Of a stretch of DNA of 64,000 bases, positions 38,835 to 52,054 are shown one piece after another. Made by a program: the position numbers and the translations under genes. Origin of the DNA: Octopus bimaculoides (lineage: Eukaryota); NCBI RefSeq assembly GCF_001194135.2, contig NC_068981.1, positions 194,385,784-194,449,783 on the forward strand, read 5' to 3'. How positions within the stretch are numbered: the stretch's first letter is position 1; every line of letters begins with the position of its first letter. The notes under the pieces are model-generated. The model saw only the letters and a program-made list of their open reading frames with translations. It ran no database searches and was not told the origin of the DNA.

Positions 38835-39046
38835 TTTATAAGCCCTAAAATTCACTCAATAATTGCCCATGGGCATATGGCGTAGTGGTTAAGAGCACGG
38901 GCTACTAACCTCAAGATTCCGAGTTCGATTCCAAGCAGTGACCTGAACACTAATATCGCAAAATACTTTAGGAATGAGAACCCAGGTTCGAAATTTCCCC
39001 AAAACACCTGCAGAAAGCTGGAGGGTATATCAGCTGGTAAATAATG
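38835..39046 (+). mobile_element. tRNA-headed, hammerhead-bearing retroelement (copy 2, right arm)
   Basis: A box tggcgtagtgg (38878-38888), B box gagttcgattcc (38921-38932), HHR remnant at 39003-39036. Confidence 0.75.
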
Positions 39047-39649
39047 TACATTGGTTAACTCCAAAGACACTTTAATGAATTCAACACAAAGATATTAGCA
39101 GCAACAGAAACATTGTCTCCTGAATCAGATACATTCTCAGAAGTTTCAAATAAATCTTGTATTTCTGAACTTATTAACCTAAACTACTTGGACAGTTCGT
39201 TTCACAATGAACCATGCAATGTCAAAAGTCATATTTTAGAAACCATAATTTCTGAGAAAACTGTCAGATATTTGTCCTTCACTTTATTCATTCCAGGCTA
39301 CTTTAACAGATATCTTCAAACTTGACACTGCATCCTTCATATTCACTGCATCCTTCCATCTATTTCTGCTGTTACTTATACACTTAGGTTCACTGTTCTA
39401 AAATGCAGCCATGAAACAGAAATCTCATTAGATTTGCCTTCATGGATAACTGCACAACAAAATGGAGCAATCCAATGATAGTCTTAGTGGTCGAAATTAA
39501 AACTTTCAATTAAGATTTGATGTTCATTTGTATTTCAAATGTCATCTTAATAATGGTGAAAATATTTATAAACTTCACTATTTCTAAAATTAATTGAAAG
39601 AAAGACTGTATTTTAGCAGGAATATGGTAACATTAGGGTTGAAATAATC

Positions 39650-40490
39650 ATCATCATCATCGTTTAACGTCCGCTTTCCATGCTAGCATGGGTTGGACGA
39701 TTTGACTGAGGACTGGTGAAACCGGATGGCAACACCAGGCTCCAGTCTAATTTGGCAGAGTTTCTACAGCTGGATGCCCTTCCTAACGCCAACCACTCAG
39801 AGAGTGTAGTGGGTGCTTTTACGTGTCACCCGCACGAAAACGGCCACGCTCGAAATGGTGTCTTTTATGTGCCACNNNNNNNNNNNNNNNNNNNNNNNNN
39901 NNNNNNNNNNNNNNNNNNNNNNNNNNNNNNNNNNNNNNNNNNNNNNNNNNNNNNNNNNNNNNNNNNNNNNNNNNNNNNNNNNNNNNNNNNNNNNNNNNNN
40001 NNNNNNNNNNNNNNNNNNNNNNNNNNNNNNNNNNNNNNNNNNNNNNNNNNNNNNNNNNNNNNNNNNNNNNNNNNNNNNNNNNNNNNNNNNNNNNNNNNNN
40101 NNNNNNNNNNNNNNNNNNNNNNNNNNNNNNNNNNNNNNNNNNNNNNNNNNNNNNNNNNNNNNNNNNNNNNNNNNNNNNNNNNNNNNNNNNNNNNNNACGG
40201 GTTCCCTCAACTGTTAGGGTGTGGCACTTTTTCACGCAGCTATCCTCATCCATTCTCACCACATGTCCATACCAGCGCAATCGTCTCTCTTGCACGCCAC
40301 AACTGATGCTTCTAATGTTCAGCTTTTCTCTCAAGATACTTACATTCTGACGGGTATTCACATTGACATTACACATCCAACGGAGCATACTGGCTTCATT
40401 CCTTGCGAGCTTACGTATGTCCTCAGCAGTTACAGCCCATGTTTCACTGCCATGTAGCATGGCTGTTCGTATGCATGCGTCATACAGTCT
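39650..40490 (-). mobile_element. RTE LINE 3' portion (RT C-terminus through (GAT)n tail), spanning a gap
   Basis: MLHGSETWAVTAEDIRKLARNEASMLRWMC...QERRLRWYGHVVRMDEDSCVKK; links the abundant tail family to RTE. Confidence 0.9.
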
Positions 40491-43189
40491 GCTAAATTAT
40501 AATCTTCCTTCAAAATTTCATATTAATTTATGTTCCAAAACACCAAAGTTATTGTACTAAATTTGTCATCATTTTCGAAATTGATTGAAACGAAGGCAGT
40601 GCATTTCAGCAGAAATATGGTAACAAAGGGGTTAAGTTAAGAAGATGACAATTATTAAGATATTTGTTTTAAATCTAACATTTATGTTAGTTTTCCTTTT
40701 ATTCTTTTACTTGTTTCAGTCATTTTGACTGTGGTCATTCTGGAGCACCGCCTTTAGTCAAGCAAATTGACCCCAGGATTTATTCTTTGTAAGCCTAGTA
40801 CTTATTCTATCGGTCTCTTTTGCCGAACCGCTAAGTTACGGGGGACGTAAACACACCAGCATCGGTTGTCAGGCAATGTTAATGGTGGGGACACACAAAC
40901 ATATACACACACATACACACACACACACATACACACACATATACGATGGGCTTCTTTCAGTTACCGTCTCTCAAATCCACTCACAAGGCTTTGGTCGGCC
41001 TGAAGCTATAGTAGAAGACACTTGCTCAAGGTGCTACTTATATTCTGAGCCTGTATCTTGAGGGCATGCCCATCCCACTTTGTCACCTCTTATCTCTCCC
41101 TTGCTCTTCTCTACTCTCCCATTTATATTTTGATCCCTGTTCCTCATGATCATGCCCTGGTACTTTGCCATCACCTTTCTCCAGCTCTCTTGCCCTCTTC
41201 CTCTTGCTGTATCCCTCTGACTAGTTAACCATGTCTCTCCTCTGCAGCAGCACACCTATTACTAGCCTCATCTTGATCACTCCTTCTCTCTTTCTCTCTC
41301 TCTCTCTGACTTGTTAACCATGTATCTCCTCTACAGCAAGACACCTGTTTCTGTCTCTCTGTCACACTCTAACCTTTCTTTATTTGACACAAGATCACCA
41401 CCTCCAATGCCTCCTCCCCCTCTCAAAGATTCTTTGTCTTGTAAGATACTTGGTGACTCTGCCAATGCAGGTGTCACATAAAAAAAGGCATCCAGTCCAC
41501 TCTGCAGGGAGATTAGGAAAGGCATCCAGCCATAAAAACCATGCCAAAAGAGACAGCTAAGCTTGATACATTCTTCTGCCAAGCCAACTCCTGTCAAACT
41601 GTCCAACCCATGCCAGCATGGAAAGCAGGTGTTAAATAATGATGCAGATGGTGATGATATCTGTCCTTCCGTCCATCCGTCTGTCTGTCTATCTGTCTGT
41701 CTATCTATCTATCTCTATCCATCTATCTATCTGCCTATCTTCTTTCTCAATGGTTTCAATCATTGGATCACGGCCATGCTGGGGCACCACATGGAAGGAA
41801 TCAACCCTTGTCCTTTTCTTTTTAAACCTGGTATTTATTCTGTTGTTCTCTTTCTGCCAAACCATTAAGTCCACTCTGCAGAGTTGTTGGTGTTAGGAGG
41901 GGCATCCAGCCATAAAAACCATGCCAAAACAGACAGCGAAGCACACTGCAGGGACATAAACAAACCAACAACGGTTGCCAAGTGGTCAAGGTGTATAAAC
42001 ATAGGCACAAAGACACAGACATAGGTACATACAAATATATATATTCTTTTATTTGTTTGAGTCATTTGACTGTGGCCATGCTGGAGCACTACCTTTAGCT
42101 GAACAAATCGATCCCAGGACTTATTCTTTGTAAGTCTATTCTATCTTTGTAAGTCTTATTCTATCGGTCTCTTTTTGCTGAACTGCCAAGTGACAGGGAA
42201 GTAAACACACCAACATCAGTTGTCTAGCAATGGTGGGGGACAAACACAGACACAACCAACAAACATACATACATACATATATATATCTATATATACACAC
42301 ACACATATATATATATACGACGGGCCTCTTTTCAGTTTCCACCTACCAAATCCATTCACAAGGTTTTGGTCAGCCCAAGGCTATAGCAGAAGACACTTGC
42401 CCAAGGTGCCACGCAGTGGAACTGAACCCGGAACCATGTGGTTGGGAAGCAAGCTTCTTACCGCACAGCCACTCCTATTATTTAAGTAATAGAAAAAGAA
42501 AATGGTGAAACTGACATATAGACATCAATTTATTTGAACATATTCAATTCTGTAGTGTCGCCTGACTCTCCCCAGTGCCGGTGGCACATCAAAAACCTAC
42601 TACACTCTTGGAGTGATTGGCGTGACGAAGGCATCCAACTGTAGAAACTCTGCCAGATCAGATTGGAGCCTGGTACAGCCTCCTGGCTTGCCAATCCCCA
42701 GTCAAACTGTCCAACCCATGCCAGAATGGAAAGCGGACGTTAAACGATGATGATGACGACTATATATACAGTGGACTTCTTTCAGTTTCCCTCTAGCAAA
42801 TCTACTCAGAAGGCTTTGGTTGACCCAAGGCCATGTTAGATGACGCTTGCTCAAGGTGCCATTCAATGGGACTGAACCCAGAACTATGATGTTGGGAAGC
42901 AAACTTCTTACCCCATGTACGTGTTAGCAAGAGTGCACACACACACGACTATATGAAAAAATCTTTCTATACTGTAGACTAAATATACTAGAAGACGAGT
43001 TTAAAAAAATAAATTCACTAACCTGAGATTATCAAGCAATTAGCAGACAATTAGTTTTTCTCTATTAATTGCATGAGAAAATCTCTATTAATGAATTTTT
43101 TTTATCCCTTATCTCATAAATGGGACTCTCCTTTTTCACCTAAATATAAATATTTTTTGCTGCTGCGTGTTTAGGCCAAAACGGCAGGG

Positions 43190-43582
43190 GCTCGTGACAG
43201 ACAGGGATACGATTTAAGACGTGGTCAACCCCTGTAAATCAGGGATGGAGGCGGGAAGGAGCATCAAATTGAATTTGATGACATCGACGACAGCACATAT
43301 CAAAATATTTAATTAATAAATTGTTTAAAATGTCCCGCGGAAGTTCAATGATCCAATCAGAAACAGCCTTAAGTAGGAAACTGATATAACGAATTAAATT
43401 AAAGTTGGATGTTTATTCGACCAATGAGATTCCATGTAAGAAAATCCGTCGGTAATATGACACTAGTAAACAACCTCAACAATCGGTAACAGTGGATTGT
43501 GGTTACCCACGTTTAGAAGTGGGTTACACACCAGATAAGAGGAGTTTACCCGAAACTCATGGAGTTTATACATAGGGTAGGT
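43190..43582 (+). promoter_or_regulatory. Promoter-like island with candidate first exon
   Basis: E2F-like ggcgggaa (43250-43257), ETS-like gcggaagt (about 43337), CCAAT at 43353 and 43421, forkhead-like gtaaacaa, donor G|GTAGGT at 43577; CpG-rich and non-repetitive. Confidence 0.45.
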
Positions 43583-44629
43583 ATTTTTCTGTGGCCGTTA
43601 CTACATTAGATACATCAATAAGCGAGTATTGAACCGTACCGTAATTCATAGATCATTGTCACATGTTATATTATCGTTGTTGTTCATTTCTACGCTTAGT
43701 ACCCGGTTGGGTAAACCCATGACTATTAGCATCCCACTCATGAACATTGTTTGTTTTCCTGGTAGTATTTTCCTTTGCGAACATTATCTAATTTATATTT
43801 CCTTGTTTAAAACAGCACGGTGTGATCTGTGAAAACTTTGACTGCTATTTCTAGCAAACCGAGAGACCGTCTAGAAGTGCGATCGCTTGTGGTTGATACT
43901 GGATGTGATTATGTGTACTGTTGATATTAATTAGCCCCAGGTATCGGCCCTGGTGGCCAATAAATGAAATAATTATTCAGCCCCAGGTAGACTCTGATTG
44001 AGAAACCCTACGATCAAAAGCATTCCAGCAACGACCATCCTGTCTGTTGTCTTGGGCATCATCATTTTAAGAGAGTAGTATGTGGTTGCTGTTTCTAGCG
44101 GGTCAAATGAGCACAGAGATTCTTTTGTTGGTTGGTGATGATGTGTTGTGGCGGTGTGTGGTTGTAGTTGAGGTTGTAGTAGTGGTCGTGGTGGATAGGG
44201 GTGTGTGTGGTTATGGTAATGTAATGCTGGTCTATTGTTGATGTGATGGTGTCCAGTTGTGACACTGGTCTCTGTTGTAGTATCGTGTGGTGTCATGGTG
44301 ATGTCTTGTGATGTGAGAATGTAATAATGATGTTGTGATCATTAATGTTTAACCCCAGGCCAGACCATACTCAACTGAAAATACTGTCAAACGAACTTTC
44401 AACTTGACTGTTCCGTCTTTATTTCTCAGGACTGCATAATCCAATGTGTGTTTCCTGTTTATGTTTCAAAGCCGTTAGGGTATGGCTTGTTTAACTTGAC
44501 TATTATTTCTAGTATGTCAACGTATCACTTAGAGGCTTATGTTTAGTTTGTGTTAGCGATGATACATCAGCAAATAATGATAAAACTACTGTCTTTGTAT
44601 GCGTGACGTGTGTGTGTGCGCGCGCGCGC

Positions 44630-44661
<32 letters not shown>

Positions 44662-44838
44662 TGTAGTGTTTGCAATGATATTTCCTGATGGCGGTGTTGT
44701 TTAGCCCTAGCTTAGACATGATTGATCAGACCTATGATCGGAAACAGTGACCATGCTGTCTTTATTTAGATCTCGTGTATCTAGGACTATATGTTTCTCA
44801 ATGTAATGTGACATATGTCTACGTACAAACTTTGGTTC

Positions 44839-44974
44839 TACTTAAATATAGAGGTCCCGACGCATCTACGTAACCCTAACCCACCCTAACCCTAACCAAC
44901 CCTAAGCCCCTAACGAGTGGGCAATGTAACAACATATTATTACGTCGACGCATCGGGACCTCTATACTTAAGTA
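44839..44974. mobile_element. Short MITE with internal (CCCTAA)-like repeats
   Basis: tacttaaatatagaggtcccgacgcatctacgtaa at the left and its near-perfect reverse complement at the right. Confidence 0.75.
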
Positions 44975-45841
44975 GTGCCCAAACATTTCTCGTTGACTCA
45001 TGTCTTGTGATGTTGACAATAATGGCTGAAGGGTTGTAACCTCGGGACACCGTTCTGCATATCTAAATATCAAATATGAATACATTAGAATCTCACATCT
45101 ATAATATGATGTTTTCAAAACATTTCGTTTAACTAAAAAAATATCCAAGCGATTAGTGAACAAAAACTCCTGGGAATGTTTGAAATCGACAACAACTGGC
45201 AAGGGAAATAACTCTAATGAGCTCAATTCAAATGTTTTTTTGTAAGATATGAGACTGGTCGTAAGCGGGAGTGAAGTGGCCTGAAAAATAGTGAAAGAAA
45301 CCGATATGTTTCGCTCTTAATAGCTGATGTCCTCAACGAATTATATTGCACTTATTTGGCAAAAGCTAAGAGTGATCAATAGCTATACAGGAAATATAGT
45401 GACGGTGCTTATGAATATCAACAATAGGGCTGAGGATAAAAACATTAAGGGAATCTAGGTGCATATCAAAATACACAAGAAAGTGGGATTTCACATATGG
45501 AATATAAAGGATTGAAGAACGTGTATGCCCTGGGATGAAAGGTTGGTGTATAATGTATTGTAAGGATGAATAGGCGGTGGTGGTTTGGTGGGTTGACGGG
45601 AGTATAACGATGAATGAAGAACGGTGGGTAGAGCGGTCTGGTTGTGTGAGATAATGTGGGGTGGCTGTAGTGCTACATTGAGAAAAGGTTTGTGTGTTGT
45701 TTAGTCCAACACCAGCTCTGATCAAACAGTCCTATGCCGAAAGGGTTAGTCGAGCGACGATCATTCTGTCCGTTTGGAAATCTATGTCAACACTGTATCG
45801 TTAAATTTGAATAAAATGACAGGACGTAACTTAATCCTTTT

Positions 45842-45959
45842 GAAGCGGAGATAAAGAATACACACACCACTCGTTTTCGACGTAACAAAAACCCTAACCC
45901 TAAAGTTAATCCTAAACCTAACCCTAACCATCCTGTGTGCGTATTCTTTACCTTCGCCT
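45842..45959. mobile_element. Short MITE with internal (CCCTAA)-like repeats
   Basis: gaagcggagataaagaatacacaca versus tgtgcgtattctttaccttcgcctc (imperfect inverted repeat). Confidence 0.6.
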
Positions 45960-46200
45960 CCTTTTGTTGCAAACCCGCCTCAAACCACTCCTGGTTCAAT
46001 GTCAGTCCTCTGTTTTAAAGTGACCAAAACTAAAACATGTTAAGTTATGTTACAAACATCAGCTTAATAATGACAAAGTTAGGAAATAAATTCTTCCTGT
46101 GGTAAGAAATTTGCCTCTCAACCACATAGTTCCGGGTTTAGTCCTACTGCGTGACACCAAAGCCTTGTGAGTAGATTTGGTAGATGGGAACTGAAAGAAG

Positions 46201-46275
<75 letters not shown>

Positions 46276-47060
46276 CATGTGGTGGGGGCTTGTGTGGCTT
46301 TGTGTCCGTGTTTGACTCCCTCCACTCTTGACAACCGATGTGAGTGTGTTCATGTCGATAGTATAAGTGCCAGGCTAAACAAAAAAAAAAAAAAACTAAG
46401 TAATGGGGTCAATTCGTTCGACTAAAAATTCTTCAAGGCTGTGCCCCAGCATGGCCACAGTTTAATGACTGAAACAAGTAGAAGATAAGATTTCCAAGAT
46501 TAATTGAAAAAGAAGCAGTGTATTTCGACAGAAATAAGGTAACAAAAGAATTAAAGTGATCTAAATTAAAATCTGTAAAATAAATTCATGGTAACTCATG
46601 TTCCAAACACCAGCTTAATGATAGGAAAGTTATTTCATAAATTCTTTTATGATTTTCAAAATTAAATGGAACGAGCATAATAATAATGGAGTGATGTGGT
46701 TGGGAAGCAAACAAAACCCAGTCACATACACAATGGCTGGATTTGAACCCAGAACACTTCCAGCTGGGATAAATACCACAAAACATCCAGTTCAACATTC
46801 TTACAGTTCCACTCATCCTCTTTAACAGCCTCGAACGAGTAAAAGACTAAGTTACCCTTGGTTGCATTTGACCCTAGAGCAGCTCTTCTTAAACCTTTTT
46901 CATTCATGACCCCATTTTTCATCACAAGATTTTTTGCAACTCCAGGTATTAAATATGTGTTTGTGAAATAACATATAAACTGAAATTCTAGTGTTTGGAT
47001 TTAATTTTCACGACCCCAGCATTTCGCTTTGTATCCCCATTTGGGGTCACAACCCATTGT

Positions 47061-47810
47061 TTAACCCTTACGTTACTGTATTTATTTTGAGATGCTCTGT
47101 GTTTCTTTGAATTAATTTTAAATATAATAAAGAATTTAGTAAAATAACTTAGCTATCATTCAGCTAGTGTTAGGAACATAAATTGTGACTAAGGTTTGGT
47201 GGAAGATTTTAATTCAAAACTTATGAAAACATGACATTTGTACTGNNNNNNNNNNNNNNNNNNNNNNNNNNNNNNNNNNNNNNNNNNNNNNNNNGTGGTT
47301 TCAGTCGGGTCAGTATGAAAAGGGTTAAATTAATCATTTATTAACCCTTTTGTTACCATATTTCTGTTGAGATGCTCTGTGTTTCTTTCAATTAATTTTA
47401 TATATAATAAAGAATTTAGTAAAATAACTTAGTTATCTTTCAGCTAGTGTTAGGAACATAAATTGTGACTAAGGTTTGGTGGAAGATTTTAATTCAAAAC
47501 TTATGAAAACATGACATTTGTACTGAGAGCCAGAGGTGGTTTCAGTCGGGTCAGTATGAAAAGGGTTAAATTAATCATTTGTTAACCCTTTTGTTACCAT
47601 ATTTCTGTTGAGATGCTCTGTGTTTCTTTCAATTAATTTTATATATAATAAAGAATTTAGTAAAATAACTTAGTTATCATTCAGCTAGTGTTAGGAACAT
47701 AAATTGTGACTAAGGTTTGGTGGAAGATTTTAATTCAAAACTTATGGAAACAAGACATTTGTACTGAGAGCCAGAGGTGGTTTCAGCCGGGTTGGTAACG
47801 AAAGGGTTAA
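47061..47810. mobile_element. Three tandem piggyBac-like MITEs
   Basis: Units 47061-47328, 47341-47569 and 47582-47810, each ttaa-ccctt...aaggg-ttaa, separated by attaatcattt(a/g). Confidence 0.85.
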
Positions 47811-48393
47811 GAAGCACTGCCCGAGAGCACAGGGAGTCTAAGAAATACCACAACATGTTCTGCCTGATGCTTTGGTGACTCTGCTAATTTATTTACCAAT
47901 AAATTTAGAAATATTTATTGAGTGTCTAACTGTTTGATACAGTCTCTTGTTAGTAAGGTTTATGAATTTCCTGGCTGTTAACCTCGTTTTAAACAGGAAG
48001 CATCTGCATAGATCCTGAAAGAAGTGTTTGTTTATTGTTAAGTATGACTTGTGTGGTTGACAAGTTTGCTTCGTAATCACATGATTTAGGTTCAGTTCTG
48101 TTGTGTGGAGCCTTGCACAATTGGCTTCTACTATTACTCTGAGCCAACCAAAGCTCTGTCAGTGGATTTTGTCAGTTGAAGCTGAAAGAAGTCCATTGTA
48201 TGTATGTATATCTATATATGATAGGAATATGTGTGTGTGCATGTGTGTATGTGTGTGTGTGAGTGTGCGTGTGTGCATGCATGCATTCATGTGTGTGTGC
48301 ATGCATTCATGTGTGTCTGCATGTGTGTGTGTGTGTGTCTGCATGTGTGTGTGTGTGTGTGTGTCTGCATGTGTGTGTGTGTGTGTGTCTGCA

Positions 48394-48424
<31 letters not shown>

Positions 48425-48829
48425 TCTTGTTTTGACATTTTGTAATAATTGTAAATGAATGTCACTGTTGTACAAGAGGTGTCATTCACTTCCAATATTC
48501 TGCCAAAAAAGCATATCTGGCCATGGGGGAAATATTACCTAGTTTGGAAACAGGTAAAGGTTGGCAGCAGGAAGAGCATCTGGATGTAGAAAACCTGCCT
48601 CAATAAATTCTGTCCAACCTTAGCAAGCATGGAAAAATGGATGTTAAAATGACGATGTTTAAATGTTTGAGACAATCTATAAATAAGTTTATAAATTTCC
48701 TGACTATTAACCTATTTTCACTCGAATCTAGAACCATCTATACACATCCAAGAAAGATGACAATTAGATATCGCTGGGTCTGGAAGAAAGGGGCAATGTT
48801 CATGATTTTTGTAGGTAAATACATGCAGG

Positions 48830-49460
48830 ACAGATATGAGCAGGGAAGGAATTCCCGAGGGACTAGAGACAACGGTTAGAGTGTGGCTTGGAAGATTGGG
48901 CAGAGAACAAGGGTGATAAGAAGAGTAGCAGAGACAAATGGATAAGATGATTGAAGTGAGTTAGCAGGATAAACAGGGGCCATTATAGTAGATAACCTAG
49001 ATATATTTCAGTCAAAGATTGGCCCAGGCCATATCTAAGTTAACACCTGATAAGATCTATTAAGACATTTTTAAGTCAAGTCTGGAGGTATCATGATCCA
49101 TTCAAGTAAGGAGTTGTTATTGACTGAGATGTATCCAGGTACAGGTGACTTGTCTGGTATCCCTTGGAAAAGTTGGTCTAGGTTTCATTTGAGGGTGACG
49201 GGATCTTTTTCTTCTCTGATTTGTTTTAGGATAATATTAAATAGAACAGGGCCTATTGAAGTAAAGTGATTGTGTTGCAGTGAATTTATGTGTTGTGAGT
49301 CTGAATTGTGCAGAAGGCATATGTATGGCTTGGGGTCCCAGCCTCAGATGAATTCTTAATTTGACTTTAAGGTCATTCAGGCAATGCTGGTAGTATATGC
49401 TCCACATTGAGCAAATGATGTAGCACTCATGGCGGTGTAGCAAGTCATAAAAGGCAGCAA
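48830..49460 (-). mobile_element. Possible highly degenerate LINE fragment
   Basis: Composition and scattered LINE-like codons only; no clean motif. Confidence 0.3.
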
Positions 49461-49653
49461 TATGACGTAATGTTCATTTGCCTGAACAAGCATAATTGTT
49501 GGTAATCCCATTGGTTAAAATTACTGCCCATAGACGAATTCAAAACTTTCGTCAAAGAAATCTTTCACGAAATACGGTTCTTAGAATTCGGATATGAGCA
49601 GTTATAAAAACCCTGATTTTGTGGGAAATTACTTAGTGATGTCTATGCTCTAT

Positions 49654-49806
49654 ACCTCATTTACATTATTTACATTTGATGGATATTTCTCCTCATCTTA
49701 TTTGTTGTTAACACAACGTTTTGGCTGATATACCCTCCAGCTTTCATCAGGTGTCTTGGGGAAATTTCGAACCTGGGTTCTGATTCCTAAGGTATTTTTC
49801 GATGTT

Positions 49807-49841
<35 letters not shown>

Positions 49842-49937
49842 CATTATTATTATTATTATTATTATTATTCAAGTCACAGCTTGGAATCGAATTCGAAATC
49901 TTGGGGTTAGTAACCTGCATTCTTAACCACTACGCTG
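49654..49937 (-). mobile_element. tRNA-headed, hammerhead-bearing retroelement (copy 3) with 10-bp target-site duplication
   Basis: tatgctctat at 49644-49653 and 49938-49947; HHR 49710-49755: gacac-ctgatga-a-agctg...cagcc-aaaac-gtt-gtgtt. Confidence 0.8.
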
Positions 49938-50614
49938 TATGCTCTATGTTGGCATGGATTGGACGATTTGACAGGATCCGTCAAGGACTATATTGTGCTC
50001 TGCTGTCTACTTTATAACTCTGGAATGGTTTCTATGGCTGGATGACCTTTTCAATGCTAACTAATTTCCAGTGTGCCTTGGATGCTCCTTTTTTTGTGTG
50101 CCAGCAGCACTAGTGAGCTTGCCATGAGGCTTGCAAGATGATGTGTGGTGTCTAAGTTGCTTATAGTAGCTTCAGCAGAGACTACAACATAGAAAAAGGT
50201 AGCGAGAAGAGAAACCACATCTTTGGACCAGAGGCTGGAACATGTCTGTGTGTGATGTTATGCCTGTCTCGGTTGGTGGTCCTTTTCTGGATGTAATCTA
50301 AGATGTCTATGTGTACAACAGCAGCAGCTGCAGCTCAGTTAAGCATTGTGGAGTATAATCTAACTAAAGAAGATTGTCAATTGTTGGGTTGGAGTTCTGG
50401 TTATGTTAAGGACATATTCTTACATTCCCGCATCTCTAATGTAGTATTAAGTTTCAGTCTACGAGAAATGCATACACATTTACTTTAATATGTATGCTCA
50501 GCTTAATACAATACAATTGTATATTCAAAAATCAATGCAAATAAACAAAGCCAGCTCATCAGATCACTGGAATATCATGGTGACATCAACATGCATGCAA
50601 AATTTACTCCTGTA

Positions 50615-50768
50615 GGCTGTGTGGTAAGTAGCTAACTTACCAACCACATGGTTCCGGGTTCAGTCCCACTGTGTGGCACCTTGGGTAAGTGTCTTCTACT
50701 ATGGCCTCGGGCCGACCAAAGCCTTGTAAATGGATTTGGTGGACGGAAACTGAAAGAAGCCCGTCGTA

Positions 50769-50801
<33 letters not shown>

Positions 50802-51100
50802 NNNNNNNNNNNNNNNNNNNNNNNNNNNNNNNNNNNNNNNNNNNNNNNNNNNNNNNNNNNNNNNNNNNNNNNNNNNNNNNNNNNNNNNNNNNNNNNNNNN
50901 NTCTGTGTTTGTCCCCCCAACATCGCTTGACAACTGATACTGGTGTGTTTACGTCCCCGTAACTTAGCGGTTCGGCAAAAGCGACCGATAGAATAAGTAC
51001 TAGGCTTACAAAGAGTAAGTCCTGGGGTCGATTTGCTCAACTAAAGGCGATGCTCCAGCATGGCCACAGTCAAATGACTGAAACAAGTAAAAGAGTAAAA
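50615..51100 (+). mobile_element. Young SINE family B copy; similar copies at 51440-51820, 40690-41030(-), 42050-42475(-), 46085-46490 and 54200-54775
   Basis: Head ggctgtgtggtaag...ggttccgggttcagtccca, CORE-like centre, internal (TA)n, conserved tail. Confidence 0.9.
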
Positions 51101-51234
51101 GAGAGAGATACATACATATACACACACACATACATATGTCTGGGTGTGTGTAGGTGTATATTATATGCTTCTGTGTCTGTATCTTTAAACACATGCTTGC
51201 ATGTGTGTACGTGTGTATGTGCATGTCTCTCCTT

Positions 51235-51274
<40 letters not shown>

Positions 51275-52054
51275 TGAAACTGTAATGACATCTGGTCACT
51301 TGACTGAAGAAAGAAGGCTATGAATGACCCATCCTCTTTTCCCTGTCCTTCTGATTGTTGTTTCTCCACTCCACCTTTGTATTGTCCACCTGTCCAAATG
51401 TTTTATTGTCCTCTATTGCATTTTTGTTCCATTTATATATATGGCTGTGTGGTAAATAGCTTGTTTACCAACCACATGGTTCCGGGTTCAGTCCCACTGC
51501 ATGGCACCTTGGGCAAGTGTCTTCTACTATAGCTTCAGGCCGACCAAAGCCTTGTGAGTGGATTTGGTAGACAGAAACTGAAAGAAGCCTGTCGTATATA
51601 TATATATATATATATGTATGTGTTTGTTCCCCCACCATCGCTTGACAACCGATGCTGGTGTGTTTACGTTTCCGTAACTTAGCGGTTCAGCAAAACAGAC
51701 CGATAGAATAAGTTCTAGACTTACAAAGAATAAGTCCTGGAGTCGATTTGTTCGACTGAAGGTGGTGCTCCAGCATGGCTGCAGTCAAATGATTGAAACA
51801 AGTAAAAGAATAAAAGAAAGAAAGAGTATATATACATTATATATACATATATATATATACATGTTGTGTAAGATATAAGTTAGAGGTAATGCAACCTTCT
51901 AAGGGATAGATGTATCCACAGGCATTTCTGGTATTACCTCAGTGTGTATGATCCTTGTTATAAGGTATACGGTAGTGAGTAATTTAAAGGTAAAACCGTG
52001 GTTTAATATACATACAGATGATAAGAAATGGAGCAATTTACGGTGAGAAGTGGA

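Noticed and set aside
38871-38945. Functional tRNA gene
   Set aside because: A/B boxes are present but the acceptor and T stems do not pair, and the anticodon differs between copies; it is a SINE-type head
39059-39325. Protein-like ORF next to the HHR insertion
   Set aside because: Removing the insertion leaves an in-frame stop on both strands; no recognisable domain or splice sites
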